From the sequence record SRR20825006_860: a stretch of DNA of 61,528 nt; one strand, given 5' to 3'. Below, in pieces: positions 18,838 to 29,338 of this stretch; within the stretch, counting starts at the first letter, position 1; each line of letters opens with the position of its first letter. A model generated the notes under the pieces. The model saw only the letters and a program-made list of their open reading frames with translations, made no database searches and was not told where the DNA came from. The position numbers and the translations under genes are program-made.

Positions 18838-19836
18838 ATGAGTGAAATCCGCTTCGATGTCGTCGGCTTGGGAAATGCCATTGTGGATGTGATGTCGAAA
18901 ACGGACGATGCGTTCCTCGAAAAATGGGGCATTCACAAGAATGCGATGAATTTGATCGAGGAAGATCGTGCAGAAGCCCTGACCAAGGCCGCGGTGGACC
19001 CATTCTATACATCTGGCGGCAGTGGCGCCAACACGATCGCCGGTCTTGCGAGCTTCGGCGCACGTGCCGCCTATATTGGCAAAGTCTCCAAGGATGAACT
19101 CGGCAGCCAGTTTACACGCGAGATGACCGCGTCGGGTGTGCCCTTCGCGACGAAACCTCTTGAGAGCGGACCCGCCACGGCACGCAGCATCATCTTCGTG
19201 ACGGAAGACGGTGCGCGGAGCATGAACACATTCCTCGGCGCGTCGGTCCTGTTCTCCAAGGATGACGTGGACGAAAACACCGTGCGGGCAGGGGGCATTC
19301 TTTATCTGGAAGGATATCTGTTTGACCGCGAAGATGCCAAGGAAGCGTTTGTCTTTGCCTCAGAAATAGCCAAGGCCGCTGGCCGCAAAGTGGCGCTCAC
19401 CTTGTCGGATAAATTCTGTGTAGACCGGCATCGTGCGAGCTTTCTTCAATTGGTTCGCAACAATGTCGACATTCTGTTTGCGAATGAGGAAGAGCTGCTC
19501 TCCCTGTACGAAACGGAAGATTTCGACGCGGCTTTGGCTGCGCTTCAACAGGACACCGCCGTCGCGGCGGTTACGCGCAGCGAGAAGGGATCGGTCGTGA
19601 TCGGCGCCGGTGACCCCATCAGCGTCAAGGCAGAGCCGGTCGATCAGGTTCTCGATACAACCGGTGCCGGCGACCAATATGCGGCGGGATTTCTGTTCGG
19701 AATATCTCGTGGACTGCCGCTGGAGACATGCGCGCACCTTGGTCACATCGCTGCGGCCGAGGTCATCGCGCATTTCGGACCACGCCCGGAACAGTCCTAC
19801 AAGACACTCGCCGAGCAGGCCGGCATTTACGCCTGA
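18838..19836 (+). CDS. PfkB family kinase (adenosine kinase-like)
   Basis: GLGNAIVD, SGGSGANT, RSMNTFLGA, DTTGAGD. Confidence 0.9.
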   Translation: MSEIRFDVVGLGNAIVDVMSKTDDAFLEKWGIHKNAMNLIEEDRAEALTKAAVDPFYTSGGSGANTIAGLASFGARAAYIGKVSKDELGSQFTREMTASGVPFATKPLESGPATARSIIFVTEDGARSMNTFLGASVLFSKDDVDENTVRAGGILYLEGYLFDREDAKEAFVFASEIAKAAGRKVALTLSDKFCVDRHRASFLQLVRNNVDILFANEEELLSLYETEDFDAALAALQQDTAVAAVTRSEKGSVVIGAGDPISVKAEPVDQVLDTTGAGDQYAAGFLFGISRGLPLETCAHLGHIAAAEVIAHFGPRPEQSYKTLAEQAGIYA

Positions 19837-20432
19837 GCCTTCAGAGCCTCTTCGACATAGTCGAGCCGGTCATGCCCAAAGAACATGTCGTCACCGACAA
19901 AGAATGTCGGCGCGCCGAATGCTCCTCGGGCAATGGCTGAATCGGTGTTGGCTTTCATGGCGTCCTTGCTGGCGCTTGCCTGAGCGAGTTCCTGAATCTG
20001 ACGGAAGTCGAACCCTTCCTGCTCGCACATTGCCCGAACCGAATCGTCATCATCTGGTTTGAGTGGGGTTGGGGACGCCCACATATGTTGGAAGCAGGCA
20101 TCCATGAATCGCTTCTGCTCAGTGGGGTCATTGTCCAGTCCGCAGGTTGCGCGCAACAGATTGCGGGTACTGACCATCGGGAAATAGGGGTTCATCCGAA
20201 AGTCCAAGCCATAGCGGGTTGTGCAGCGTTGGAGATCTTTCATCATGTATGCACCCTTCGCCGGCACCATGCCAGGCGGCCTGTTGTCTGTAGCCTGCAT
20301 TACAGCGCCCAGAAACATTGGCTTGATCACGATATCTGCCCCGGTACGGGCGGATATTTGTTGCACTGCGGCATTGGCCACGTAAGAAAATGGACTGATA
20401 TAGTCGAAATAGAATTCGAATTTGCCTGCCAT
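19827..20432 (-). CDS. DsbA-family / kappa-GST-like 2-hydroxychromene-2-carboxylate isomerase
   Basis: FYFDYISPFSY, GAFGAPTF, FFGHDRL. Confidence 0.9.
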   Translation of the reverse strand: MAGKFEFYFDYISPFSYVANAAVQQISARTGADIVIKPMFLGAVMQATDNRPPGMVPAKGAYMMKDLQRCTTRYGLDFRMNPYFPMVSTRNLLRATCGLDNDPTEQKRFMDACFQHMWASPTPLKPDDDDSVRAMCEQEGFDFRQIQELAQASASKDAMKANTDSAIARGAFGAPTFFVGDDMFFGHDRLDYVEEALKAQA

Positions 20433-20448
20433 GGGACCCTCTCAAATG

Positions 20449-20465
20449 AGTTTCATTTTGGAACT
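20449..20465. promoter_or_regulatory. Imperfect inverted repeat, probable HxlR-family operator
   Basis: AGTTTCATTTTGGAACT in the 60-bp gap between the divergent DsbA-like and HxlR genes. Confidence 0.5.
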
Positions 20466-20492
20466 ATGGCAAATCAGTATAGGTGTGTCAGC

Positions 20493-20831
20493 ATGAAATG
20501 GTCTGATTTATCCGATAATTGGTGCCCGGTTGCGCGAACGCTTTCACTGGTTGGGGATCGTTGGACGATGCTGATTCTTCGAGACTGCTTCCTGGGCCTG
20601 TCCCGTTTCGAACAGTTTATTGCCTCAAGCGGTATGACACGACACATCCTGGCCGACCGCTTGAAACGGCTTGTCGAGGCAGGCGTGCTGGAACGCAAAG
20701 CCTATACAACGACGCCAAAACGGTTTGACTATGTGCTGACCGAGAAGGGTCAGGAATTGGCTCCAGCCCTGTTGACCCTGAAGGATTGGGGTAAAAAACA
20801 CATGCCCGTGCGACGCACGACGTCGGCTTAG
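20493..20831 (+). CDS. HxlR-family winged-helix transcriptional regulator
   Basis: CPVARTLSLVGDRWTMLILRD, RF, LADRLKRLV, YVLTEKGQEL; true start inferred at ATG 20493. Confidence 0.92.
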   Translation: MKWSDLSDNWCPVARTLSLVGDRWTMLILRDCFLGLSRFEQFIASSGMTRHILADRLKRLVEAGVLERKAYTTTPKRFDYVLTEKGQELAPALLTLKDWGKKHMPVRRTTSA

Positions 20832-22405
20832 TCGTTCAGCAGAGCTTCTACTTTTTTCTGCACAGCACCATAGTCGATCTTGCCGGTTCCGAGGACCGGG
20901 ATTTCATCAACATGATAGACGCGTTTCGGAACAGACAATTCCGGCACGCCGTGATTCTTGGCCCAAGCGAGAATGTCTTCGCGATTGCTTGCCTTGGTAT
21001 CGCTGAGCAGAATGACCTGCTCACCCTTGCGGGGATCCGGAAGCGTAACGGCTGCGTGCAGATTGTCGGGCCAGATCGCGCTCGCGCAGTTTTCAACCAC
21101 CGCCAGAGAGACCATTTCACCGCCAATCTTCGCGAAGCGTTTGACGCGGCCCATGATGCGAATGATCCCACTTTCATCGATCGCCACGATGTCGCCGGTG
21201 TCGTGCCAGCCGCCTTCGGGGCGTTCAAGCATGCCGGGGTTTGACGGCCGCAGATAGCCCATCATGATGTTCGGCCCGCGAACATGTAGCCGACCGCCAT
21301 CTTCGATGCCTTCGACCGGCAGCAGCTTGGACTCCATACCTGACATGAGACGCCCGACAGTTCCCGGCCGATTGTCTTCCCACTTATTGGCCGCGATGAC
21401 GGGAGAGGCTTCGGTTGCGCCATAGCCTTCGAGGATTTCGATTTCGAATTTGCGGCGGACCAGGGCGCGGGTTTCATCCTTTACCCGTTCCGCGCCGCAC
21501 ACAGCCAGCCGCACAGAGCTCATGTCACCGTCATTCCCGATCCGGGCATATTGAGAGATGAACGTGTCCGTTGCGAGCAGGATGGTCGACTGGTTCGCAC
21601 GGATCCGTCGCACGATTTCACGGGGCTGCAGCGGTGAGGGATGGAATATGACCGGGATGCCGGCCACGAGCGGCAAGACCGCACCAACCGTCAGGCCGAA
21701 ACAATGAAATGTCGGCAGGGGATTGAACAGACTGTCCGTATCGGGGCTGAGACCTATATGAGCCCGTACCTGTTCAACATTTGCCATGACGTTTTCATGA
21801 CTCAGCACGACCCCTTTGGGCTCGCCCTCTGTGCCAGACGTGAACAGCATGACGCCGGGGGATTTGTAGCGGGACTGTTTCCGGACAAGACCAGGCAAGA
21901 TGCTCCCTACAGCGGCTATCAGCTTGTTGGCCAGTGTCAGGTTTTCCCGCACATCTTCAAGGTAGACGATCTCGGCGGAGCCCGACAATTCTTCCATCAG
22001 TGCTTCGAGTCCGCCGAGCTCGACGAACTTGTGAGCCGTGATGATGCGGCTTATCTGACCTGCCTTAAGCGCGGCCTTCAGGTTTCGCGAGCCAGCGGTA
22101 AAGTTCAACATGGCGGGAATGCGATTGAAGGCGCTGAGCGCGAAAAACCCAATCACGGCACCGGCGCCGCTGGGCAACATCACGCCGACTGCCTCACCCG
22201 ATTTGGTTCCTTGGCGCAACGCTGATCCGAGGGCGAGGGACCCCTGAACAAGATCCTTGTAGGTGAGTTGCCGGTCGTCGCCATCAACGAGAATCGTCTT
22301 GTCCGCGCCGAATTCCTTTTTCGCGCGAAAGAGCGCGCTGAAAAGGTCGGTTCTGGTGCGAGATGGCTGGTATGGCAAAGGTGCCGGGATGGTCTGTCCG
22401 GTCAT
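20828..22405 (-). CDS. AMP-binding acyl-[ACP] synthetase (Aas C-terminal domain only)
   Basis: AMLNFTAG, FTSGTEGEPKGV, EGYGATEASP, WHDTGD, RFAKIGGEMVSL, PVLGTGKIDY. Confidence 0.88.
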   Translation of the reverse strand: MTGQTIPAPLPYQPSRTRTDLFSALFRAKKEFGADKTILVDGDDRQLTYKDLVQGSLALGSALRQGTKSGEAVGVMLPSGAGAVIGFFALSAFNRIPAMLNFTAGSRNLKAALKAGQISRIITAHKFVELGGLEALMEELSGSAEIVYLEDVRENLTLANKLIAAVGSILPGLVRKQSRYKSPGVMLFTSGTEGEPKGVVLSHENVMANVEQVRAHIGLSPDTDSLFNPLPTFHCFGLTVGAVLPLVAGIPVIFHPSPLQPREIVRRIRANQSTILLATDTFISQYARIGNDGDMSSVRLAVCGAERVKDETRALVRRKFEIEILEGYGATEASPVIAANKWEDNRPGTVGRLMSGMESKLLPVEGIEDGGRLHVRGPNIMMGYLRPSNPGMLERPEGGWHDTGDIVAIDESGIIRIMGRVKRFAKIGGEMVSLAVVENCASAIWPDNLHAAVTLPDPRKGEQVILLSDTKASNREDILAWAKNHGVPELSVPKRVYHVDEIPVLGTGKIDYGAVQKKVEALLND

Positions 22406-22557
22406 GATGGCCTTCGTTTCCTCCGAGGCGTTGCCTCATGTTTATTGTAACAATCTGTCATTTATCGACACTGTCGCAACCCCTAATGCAAGATTGCATA
22501 AACACTCTGCAGTGTATTTCCCTTGATGAAACAGCTGGTCACGTCCATTTTCACACC

Positions 22558-23535
22558 ATGGCAAATCTCATCGATCTGACGCAGAGCACGCGTAAGCACA
22601 GACACCCGGAAAAGCAGTCGCGGCCGGATACGCCGCTCCTGCGCAAACCTGATTGGATTCGTGTTAAAGCGCCGACCTCGCAGGGCTATGCTGAAACGCG
22701 CCAGATCGTAAAATCGAAAGGGCTGGTCACTGTTTGTGAAGAAGCCGGATGCCCGAATATCGGAGAGTGTTGGGACAAGAAACACGCCACGATGATGATT
22801 CTGGGTGAGATATGCACCCGGGCATGCAGTTTCTGCAATGTTTCCACAGGCAAGCCACTGACTCCGGGCCGGGTAGAAGAAGATGAACCGCGCCGTGTGG
22901 CAGAGGCCGTCGCCGAAATGGGCTTGCAGCATGTTGTTATCACATCGGTAGATCGGGATGACCTGTCCGATGGCGGGGCGATGCACTTCGTCAACACGAT
23001 TCAGGCAATCCGGGCGATGTCACCCGGAACCACAATCGAAATCCTGACGCCAGATTTCCTGCGCAAGGACGGTGCCGAAAATCTGGTGATCGACGCCAAG
23101 CCGGACGTATTCAATCACAATCTCGAAACGGTGCCTCGCCTGTACCTGTCCATTCGGCCGGGCGCGCGCTACTTCCATTCCCTCAGACTTCTGGAGAAAG
23201 TGAAGGACCGTGATCCGACCCAATTCACAAAATCTGGTTTGATGGTGGGTTTGGGTGAAACCAAGGAAGAGGTCATGCAAGTCATGGACGACATGCGGTC
23301 AGCGGGAATCGACTTCCTGACCATCGGCCAATATCTGCAGCCGACTCGCAAGCATGCCGCGATCGATCGCTATGTGTCGCCGGAAGAGTTCAAGACATAC
23401 GAGGAAATCGCCCGCTCCAAAGGTTTCCTGATGGTGTCAGCTTCACCTCTTACCCGGTCGTCGCACCATGCGGGCGAAGATTTTGCCCGGTTGCGGGCTG
23501 CGCGTGAGGCCAAGATGGCCGCTGCCGCCGTTTAG
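22558..23535 (+). CDS. lipA: Lipoyl synthase
   Basis: [20 protein letters not shown] radical SAM motif, RSSHHA. Confidence 0.98.
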   Translation: MANLIDLTQSTRKHRHPEKQSRPDTPLLRKPDWIRVKAPTSQGYAETRQIVKSKGLVTVCEEAGCPNIGECWDKKHATMMILGEICTRACSFCNVSTGKPLTPGRVEEDEPRRVAEAVAEMGLQHVVITSVDRDDLSDGGAMHFVNTIQAIRAMSPGTTIEILTPDFLRKDGAENLVIDAKPDVFNHNLETVPRLYLSIRPGARYFHSLRLLEKVKDRDPTQFTKSGLMVGLGETKEEVMQVMDDMRSAGIDFLTIGQYLQPTRKHAAIDRYVSPEEFKTYEEIARSKGFLMVSASPLTRSSHHAGEDFARLRAAREAKMAAAAV

Positions 23536-23537
23536 GC

Positions 23538-23996
23538 ATGCCGCATTTCTCGAAATCTGTTCGTGTTCCGTATAGTGGGGAGCAGGCTTTCGAGCTTGTG
23601 TCCGACATTGCGGCGTATCCGAACTTCATCAAGTGGATCACCGCCATGCGCGTGTCCGAAATGACGGCACGCCAGGATGGCAGCTTTACCTGTATCGGAG
23701 AGGCCGCCGTTGGTTTCAAGGGGTTCGTTGAGCGGTTCACCACGCGAGTCGTGGCCGACCCGAATGCCGGCAATGTGGTTGCGTCCCTGGTCAAAGGGCC
23801 ATTTCGGAAGCTGAAAGCCGAGTGGACGATTCTCGCATCGAGCCAGGATGGCTCTGATATTTCGCTTTCAATCGATTATGATTTTCGGAATCCGTTCATC
23901 GGCATGCTGGCCGCCGCCAATCAGGAGCTTGCGGTCAACAAGATCCTCTCGGCTTTCCTGGCCGAGGCCGAGCGGCGTTATGGCGGTTCAGCCTAG
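23538..23996 (+). CDS. SRPBCC/START-domain protein (RatA/Coq10 family)
   Basis: VSDIAAYPNFIKW, ERFTTRV, GPFRKL-x3-W, F-x4-ERRYG; follows lipA. Confidence 0.88.
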   Translation: MPHFSKSVRVPYSGEQAFELVSDIAAYPNFIKWITAMRVSEMTARQDGSFTCIGEAAVGFKGFVERFTTRVVADPNAGNVVASLVKGPFRKLKAEWTILASSQDGSDISLSIDYDFRNPFIGMLAAANQELAVNKILSAFLAEAERRYGGSA

Positions 23997-24484
23997 GCGA
24001 TCTGCATCTGGATCTGTTTCAGCGCGCATTCCATTGCCGCGAGACGAATCTGCTCACGTCCGATATCGCCAACCTGAAGCATTTCATGAATGACGGCGCG
24101 ATTTTCGCGCGCACACGCCACATGGACGGTCCCCACTGGTTTCATGGGGGTGCCACCACCGGGGCCAGCTACGCCTGTGATGGCAACGGAGATATTAGCG
24201 CGGCTGGCGTCCAGCGCGCCTTCTGCCATCATGCGCGCAACGGGCTCGGACACGGCACCATAGTCAGCCATGACATCGCCAGCGATGCCCAGCATTTCTT
24301 CTTTGGCGCGGTTGGAATAGGTGACGAAGCCCCGTTCGAACACGGCGGAGCTGCCGGGGATGTCTGTCAGCAAGCCTGCAAGAAGGCCACCTGTGCAGCT
24401 TTCGGCCGTGCAGATGCGCAGGCGAGCTTGAGCCGCGTCGTCGAGGATCAACATTGCGAGATTTCGGAGTCGGTCTGGAAACAT
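23993..24484 (-). CDS. pncC: CinA C-terminal domain / NMN deamidase
   Basis: TAESCTGGL, GSS-x2-ERGFVTYSNRAK, GAVSEPVA, ITGVAGPGGG-x3-KPVGTV. Confidence 0.9.
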   Translation of the reverse strand: MFPDRLRNLAMLILDDAAQARLRICTAESCTGGLLAGLLTDIPGSSAVFERGFVTYSNRAKEEMLGIAGDVMADYGAVSEPVARMMAEGALDASRANISVAITGVAGPGGGTPMKPVGTVHVACARENRAVIHEMLQVGDIGREQIRLAAMECALKQIQMQIA

Positions 24485-24535
24485 GTGGCGCACGATATGT
24501 GGAGTTCGGCCTGCCGTGAAGAGCAGATTTGAGCC

Positions 24536-25678
24536 TCATTCGGTCGTCGTTGGGTAAAGCGTGACGACGGCCTCGGTGGCGATGCCCTCCCGGCGACCGG
24601 TAAAGCCAAGCCCTTCGGTTGTCGTTGCTTTCACGCTCACTGCTTCCAGAGGCAGGTCGAGCAACTCCGCGGTCCGAACCCGCATACCTTCCCGATGAGG
24701 TTTCACCTTCGGTGTTTCACAGATCACGGTGATGTCGCAATTTCCTATGGCTAGCCCCAGCTCGCCGACGAGCCGTTGGGCATGCTTGAGGAACATGCCG
24801 CTATCGGCATCCTTCCACCGGTCATCGCTTGGCGGGAAGTGATCGCCAATATCGCCAAGTGCAGCCGCACCCAGAATTGCGTCGGTGAGGGCATGCCAGG
24901 CAGCATCTGCATCAGAATGCCCCTTCAGCGACGCGGAGTGCGGGATTTTTACGCCGCATAGCGTGACATGATCTCCCGGTTCAAAAGCATGGACGTCGAA
25001 CCCCTTTCCGATACGCATATGACTGACTGGCGGTGCCATGAGCCTCGAAACCATATCGAAATCCTCGGGATAGGTGATTTTGTGCAGACGGTCCGAGCCG
25101 CGCACGAGTTTTACTTCGATGCCTTGCGCCTCAACCGCTGCTAGGTCGTCAACCAGATCATCACTCGCCTCTTCGAGTGCGTGCGATATGGCGCCAAACC
25201 GGAAGGCCTGAGGGGTCTGGACGCGGAACAGGGCCTCGCGGGAGACGGTCTCCAGGGTGTTGTCCGTCTGTCGTTTCAACGCATCCTGGACGGGCAGGGC
25301 AGGTGCTGCAGCAGCATGTGTGTTCAGGGCGTCCAATAGAACATCGATCACCTTATGGGTCAGCCCCGGTCTTGCCGCATCATGTATCAGGACGATTGCG
25401 TCGTCTTGCGGGGCATTGATCGCATTGAGCCCGTTGCGGACGGATAGTGTGCGAGTGGCTCCACCGGATACGCATAGGCAGTGTGTTGGAGTGAAATCCT
25501 CCGGGACATCCGAACCTGTAACGACAATAATCTCATCAATACGAGGGTGTGTCCTGAAAGCCTCAATTGACCACTCGATGACTTGTCGGCCATTGAGATC
25601 GCACCACTGTTTCGCACGTGCACTCTCTGCCCGTCGACCTTGGCCTGCGGCGACTATGATGGCGATCACCTTGTTCAT
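24536..25678 (-). CDS. ispDF: Bifunctional IspD/IspF
   Basis: [71 protein letters not shown]. Confidence 0.97.
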   Translation of the reverse strand: MNKVIAIIVAAGQGRRAESARAKQWCDLNGRQVIEWSIEAFRTHPRIDEIIVVTGSDVPEDFTPTHCLCVSGGATRTLSVRNGLNAINAPQDDAIVLIHDAARPGLTHKVIDVLLDALNTHAAAAPALPVQDALKRQTDNTLETVSREALFRVQTPQAFRFGAISHALEEASDDLVDDLAAVEAQGIEVKLVRGSDRLHKITYPEDFDMVSRLMAPPVSHMRIGKGFDVHAFEPGDHVTLCGVKIPHSASLKGHSDADAAWHALTDAILGAAALGDIGDHFPPSDDRWKDADSGMFLKHAQRLVGELGLAIGNCDITVICETPKVKPHREGMRVRTAELLDLPLEAVSVKATTTEGLGFTGRREGIATEAVVTLYPTTTE

Positions 25679-25744
25679 ACGACGCTTTTTATGGGAGGTC
25701 GCAAAGGTTGGCTACAGGTGATTGTGGCGACATTCGCGGAAAAC

Positions 25745-25761
25745 TGCTTGCATATTGTGCA
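25745..25761. promoter_or_regulatory. Possible NtrC-type binding site
   Basis: TGCTTGCATATTGTGCA (TGC-N11-GCA, 17 bp) upstream of dusB-ntrBC. Confidence 0.35.
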
Positions 25762-25796
25762 CTTGCGAAAGTCTAAAAAAACGGAAAGATAGTAGA

Positions 25797-26786
25797 ATGA
25801 CCAATTTTCGGGCACCTCGAGTATGGCTCGCGCCGATGTCCGGCGCGACAGATGCGCCGATGCGTCGTCAAGCAAGTCGCTTTGGCGCACCTGCTGTCGT
25901 GTCAGAAATGGTTGCCGGTGACATGCTCGCTGCAGCTCGTCCGGATGTGGTGCGTCGCACATGTCGTCATGATGGCCAGGGGCACTGGATCGTCCAACTC
26001 GCGGCCAGCCGTCCTGAGGCGATGCTGAGGGGGGCGCAACTGTTGCGTGAGACCGGCGTCGACGTGATCGATATCAATATGGGGTGTCCGTCTCGTCAGG
26101 TGACGGGCGCGCAGTCAGGTTCTGCCCTGATGCGGGATGTTCCTCTGGCGCTCGAAATCATTCAAGCTGCCCTCGATGGTGCGGACGGCCTGCCCGTGAC
26201 ATTGAAAATGCGTCTTGGCTGGGACGACCAGAGCTTGAACGCGCCGGAGATCGCGGTCGCCGCTGAGCGGATGGGAATTTGTATGCTCACCGTGCATGGC
26301 AGGACGCGATGCCAATTCTACAAAGGCAATGCCGACTGGGCGCGGGTTGCTGACACGGTCGCGGCTGTATCCCTGCCAGTGATCGTGAATGGCGACATAG
26401 AGACGCCCGAAGATGCTGATGTTGCACTGGCTCAGTCGGGGGCACATGGCGTCATGATTGGTCGCGCCGCCATGGGGCGTCCTTGGCTGCCGGGTCAAAT
26501 CAACGCTCATCTCGAAGGTCGAACCTTTCAGATGCCTGGCCTTTCAGAGCAGATTGATAGTCTGCTTGAGCAGGTTTCGGATAGTGTTGAACTCTACGGA
26601 GAGTTTCTCGGTCTTCGCACGGTACGCAAGCACGTTTCGGCGGCGATTGATGCTGTCCAACTTCCGCTCGAATCTGATGAGCGGCGGAGGCTTCGCTCAC
26701 GGCTCTGTCAAATCGCCGATTTCGAAGAACTGAAATCGGCGCTTCGTGCCGTCTACTCAAGATCCAGAGAAATGGAGGCCGCCTGA
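25797..26786 (+). CDS. dusB: tRNA-dihydrouridine synthase (DusB/NifR3)
   Basis: [42 protein letters not shown]; upstream of ntrB. Confidence 0.93.
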   Translation: MTNFRAPRVWLAPMSGATDAPMRRQASRFGAPAVVSEMVAGDMLAAARPDVVRRTCRHDGQGHWIVQLAASRPEAMLRGAQLLRETGVDVIDINMGCPSRQVTGAQSGSALMRDVPLALEIIQAALDGADGLPVTLKMRLGWDDQSLNAPEIAVAAERMGICMLTVHGRTRCQFYKGNADWARVADTVAAVSLPVIVNGDIETPEDADVALAQSGAHGVMIGRAAMGRPWLPGQINAHLEGRTFQMPGLSEQIDSLLEQVSDSVELYGEFLGLRTVRKHVSAAIDAVQLPLESDERRRLRSRLCQIADFEELKSALRAVYSRSREMEAA

Positions 26787-27859
26787 TGGCCAGCGACGTC
26801 GCCATGTCAGCTCCGCGGTTGGGAGATCTGTCTCCTATTGCGTTGTTGCTGATTGATTCACGCAGGAAAGTTGTTGAGGTAAACGCAGCAGCGGAAAGCC
26901 TGTTGCAGCTGTCTCGTCGGGGCCTCCGCAGCAAACCTCTCAGCGAGATAGTCTATCACGACTCCCCGGTCTTCGAACTGCTTGACCGAGCCCATCGAAC
27001 CGTGGGCGATATTACTGCGCCGGGGACTCCGATCACCGGCCCTGGTCTTATGTCGCGACAGATCTGCGATATCTGGGTCAGATCAACTGACGACAATGGT
27101 TTCATGATCGCGATGTGTGAAGCCGCGACGCGGGACGTGAATGAGTCTGCCGCCGGTGTTGCTGGTTTCGGCCGCATTCTGGGTCATGAAGTGAAAAACC
27201 CGCTCGGCGGCATTATCGGGGCCGCGCAATTGCTCGAACGCCAATCGGTCGATGGCCAGTCCGAGTTGTTGTCAATCATCAAGGAAGAGGCCCGGCGCAT
27301 CGAGCGACTGGTGAACCGCCTTTCGGCGTTCGAGCTGTTTTCAGCGCCGCACATGGAGCCTTTCAATATCCACGCTCTCCTGGAGCGCGTTTTGGCCTCG
27401 GAACGTGCCGCGATGGGGAGCAAGGTGGAATTCAAACGGGACTTTGATCCATCCCTTCCACCAGTGATCGGGGATTCTGATCATCTGCAGCAGGCTTTCC
27501 AAAATCTCATCCGCAATGCTGCGGAAGCCGCGATGGACGGCGACACGCCGGGCAGGGTGACGGTAAGAACCTCCTATGCCGCCGGTCTTTCTTTCCGCCA
27601 GGCGCGACTGGGTGCAGGTCTTCGCCGCGCAATGCTGGTTTCGGTAGAAGACACCGGCAAGGGCATAGCCCGCAATCGCCAGAATACCATTTTTGAAGTT
27701 TTCCAAAGCAGCAAGTCTGGGGCCCGTGGGCTTGGACTGTCGATTGTAAAGGAAGTCGTGACCGCTCATGGCGGCCAGATTCGTGTAGACAGCGTGCCGG
27801 GCTCGACGCGCTTTTCAGTGTTGTTACCGCTTGGTACTGGGGAAAAGACCGATGGCTGA
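26786..27859 (+). CDS. ntrB: Sensor histidine kinase NtrB
   Basis: PAS, GHEVKNPLGGIIGAAQLL H-box, FDPSLP, NLIRNAAEA, GLGLSIV. Confidence 0.93.
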   Translation: MASDVAMSAPRLGDLSPIALLLIDSRRKVVEVNAAAESLLQLSRRGLRSKPLSEIVYHDSPVFELLDRAHRTVGDITAPGTPITGPGLMSRQICDIWVRSTDDNGFMIAMCEAATRDVNESAAGVAGFGRILGHEVKNPLGGIIGAAQLLERQSVDGQSELLSIIKEEARRIERLVNRLSAFELFSAPHMEPFNIHALLERVLASERAAMGSKVEFKRDFDPSLPPVIGDSDHLQQAFQNLIRNAAEAAMDGDTPGRVTVRTSYAAGLSFRQARLGAGLRRAMLVSVEDTGKGIARNRQNTIFEVFQSSKSGARGLGLSIVKEVVTAHGGQIRVDSVPGSTRFSVLLPLGTGEKTDG

Positions 27860-29228
27860 GAAAACCGTTCTGCTTGCAGAAGATGATGCAAGCATTCGAT
27901 TGATTGTGAACCAGACCCTCGTGGCTGCGGGCTATGAGGTCCGGGCGACGAGTTCCCCTGAGGCCTTGGAGCGCTGGGTGCGTAACGGGGAGGGCGACGT
28001 GGTCGTCTCGGATGTGTTCCTTGGGGACGCCTCCATTTTTGATCTGCTCCCTTCGCTGAAGCTCGCCAGGCCTGATCTGCCCTTCATCGTCATGAGTGGC
28101 CAGAACACAATCCTGACGGCAGCCTCGGCTGCGCAGCATGGTGCGTTTGACTATCTGCCCAAGCCATTCGACATCGACACGCTGTCCGGGCTTGTCCAGC
28201 GCGCCTTGAAATCACAACCGAAAGTATCGGCCCGCGCGATCAATCCTGAATCTCAAAAGGCCATCAGCGACGCCGGTCTACCGTTGATTGGGCGGTCTGA
28301 CGCGATGCAGGAAGTCTATCGGATCATCGCGAAAGTGATGAACACCGATCTGACTGTGCTGATTGAGGGAGAGAGCGGGACCGGCAAAGAACTGGCGGCG
28401 CGTGCAATCCATCAACTTGGTGACGCGAAAAATGGAAACTTCGTCGCTTTGGATCTTGCGGCACTACCTGCTTCGGAAATCAATCGTCAGCTATTTGGCC
28501 ACAATGGCGAACAAGGCGCTGTCCACCAGAAAGGCGGCACACTTTATTTGGACGAGATTGGTGATCTTCCCGCTGAAGCGCAGACGCAGCTTGTGAAGTT
28601 GATGCGAGATTCAAGTGGCGCGCGGATCATTGCATCCACCCGCAGAAACCTCGGTAGGCTGGTTGATGACGGCAAGTTCCGCGAGGACCTCTATTATCGA
28701 TTGAACGTGGTGCGGCTGACCATGCCGCCCCTGCGGCTTCGCAAGGAGGACATTCCTGAACTCGCTCGGGCTTTTCTCATCCGGGCGCAGCGACAGGGTC
28801 TGGCCGCGAAGACGCTCGACAAATCAGCGCTTGATCTGCTCACCGCCTATGATTGGCCGGGCAATGTGCGTGAACTTGAAAACCTCGTCTTGCGGCTGGC
28901 GGTGCTTTGTCCCGACGAGACGATCACATTGCGCGATGTGGAGCGGGAGCTGCGCGCCGGCGCAAGCGAGCAGAAGGGATCGAGTGCCGGCTTTGAAAAA
29001 GACATCGAAACCCTGTTGCACCGCTATGTGATGGGCGACCTCATAGCGAGCGGTGACCATGAGGATTCAAGCGTGTATTCCAACGTCATAGATCAGGTTG
29101 AGCGGCCTCTGATCCGGTTGGCTCTCTCAGTGACTGCGGGCAACAAGGTCAAGGCGGCACAATTGCTGGGCATGAACCGCAACACATTGCGAGCCAAGAT
29201 CAATGCGTTGGGTATTGCAGAAGAGTGA
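27852..29228 (+). CDS. ntrC: Response regulator NtrC (lacks the GAFTGA loop)
   Basis: REC, GESGTGKEL Walker A, LDEIG Walker B, FREDLYYRLNV, WPGNVRELEN, Fis-type HTH; follows ntrB. Confidence 0.93.
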   Translation: MAEKTVLLAEDDASIRLIVNQTLVAAGYEVRATSSPEALERWVRNGEGDVVVSDVFLGDASIFDLLPSLKLARPDLPFIVMSGQNTILTAASAAQHGAFDYLPKPFDIDTLSGLVQRALKSQPKVSARAINPESQKAISDAGLPLIGRSDAMQEVYRIIAKVMNTDLTVLIEGESGTGKELAARAIHQLGDAKNGNFVALDLAALPASEINRQLFGHNGEQGAVHQKGGTLYLDEIGDLPAEAQTQLVKLMRDSSGARIIASTRRNLGRLVDDGKFREDLYYRLNVVRLTMPPLRLRKEDIPELARAFLIRAQRQGLAAKTLDKSALDLLTAYDWPGNVRELENLVLRLAVLCPDETITLRDVERELRAGASEQKGSSAGFEKDIETLLHRYVMGDLIASGDHEDSSVYSNVIDQVERPLIRLALSVTAGNKVKAAQLLGMNRNTLRAKINALGIAEE

Positions 29229-29338
29229 TTGACTGCATCGACGACTGTGGCTTTACTGCACCACTGTTGCTTTTGAGGCACGAAAGTGTGACTTAAGCGC
29301 AACTGGGCCGGGGCGGCCATGTGTAGAGCGGTGTATCG

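Noticed and set aside
23538..23996. RatA/PasT as a toxin-antitoxin system
   Set aside because: No partner gene; the family is a Coq10-like lipid/quinone-binding START protein in ordinary lipA context.
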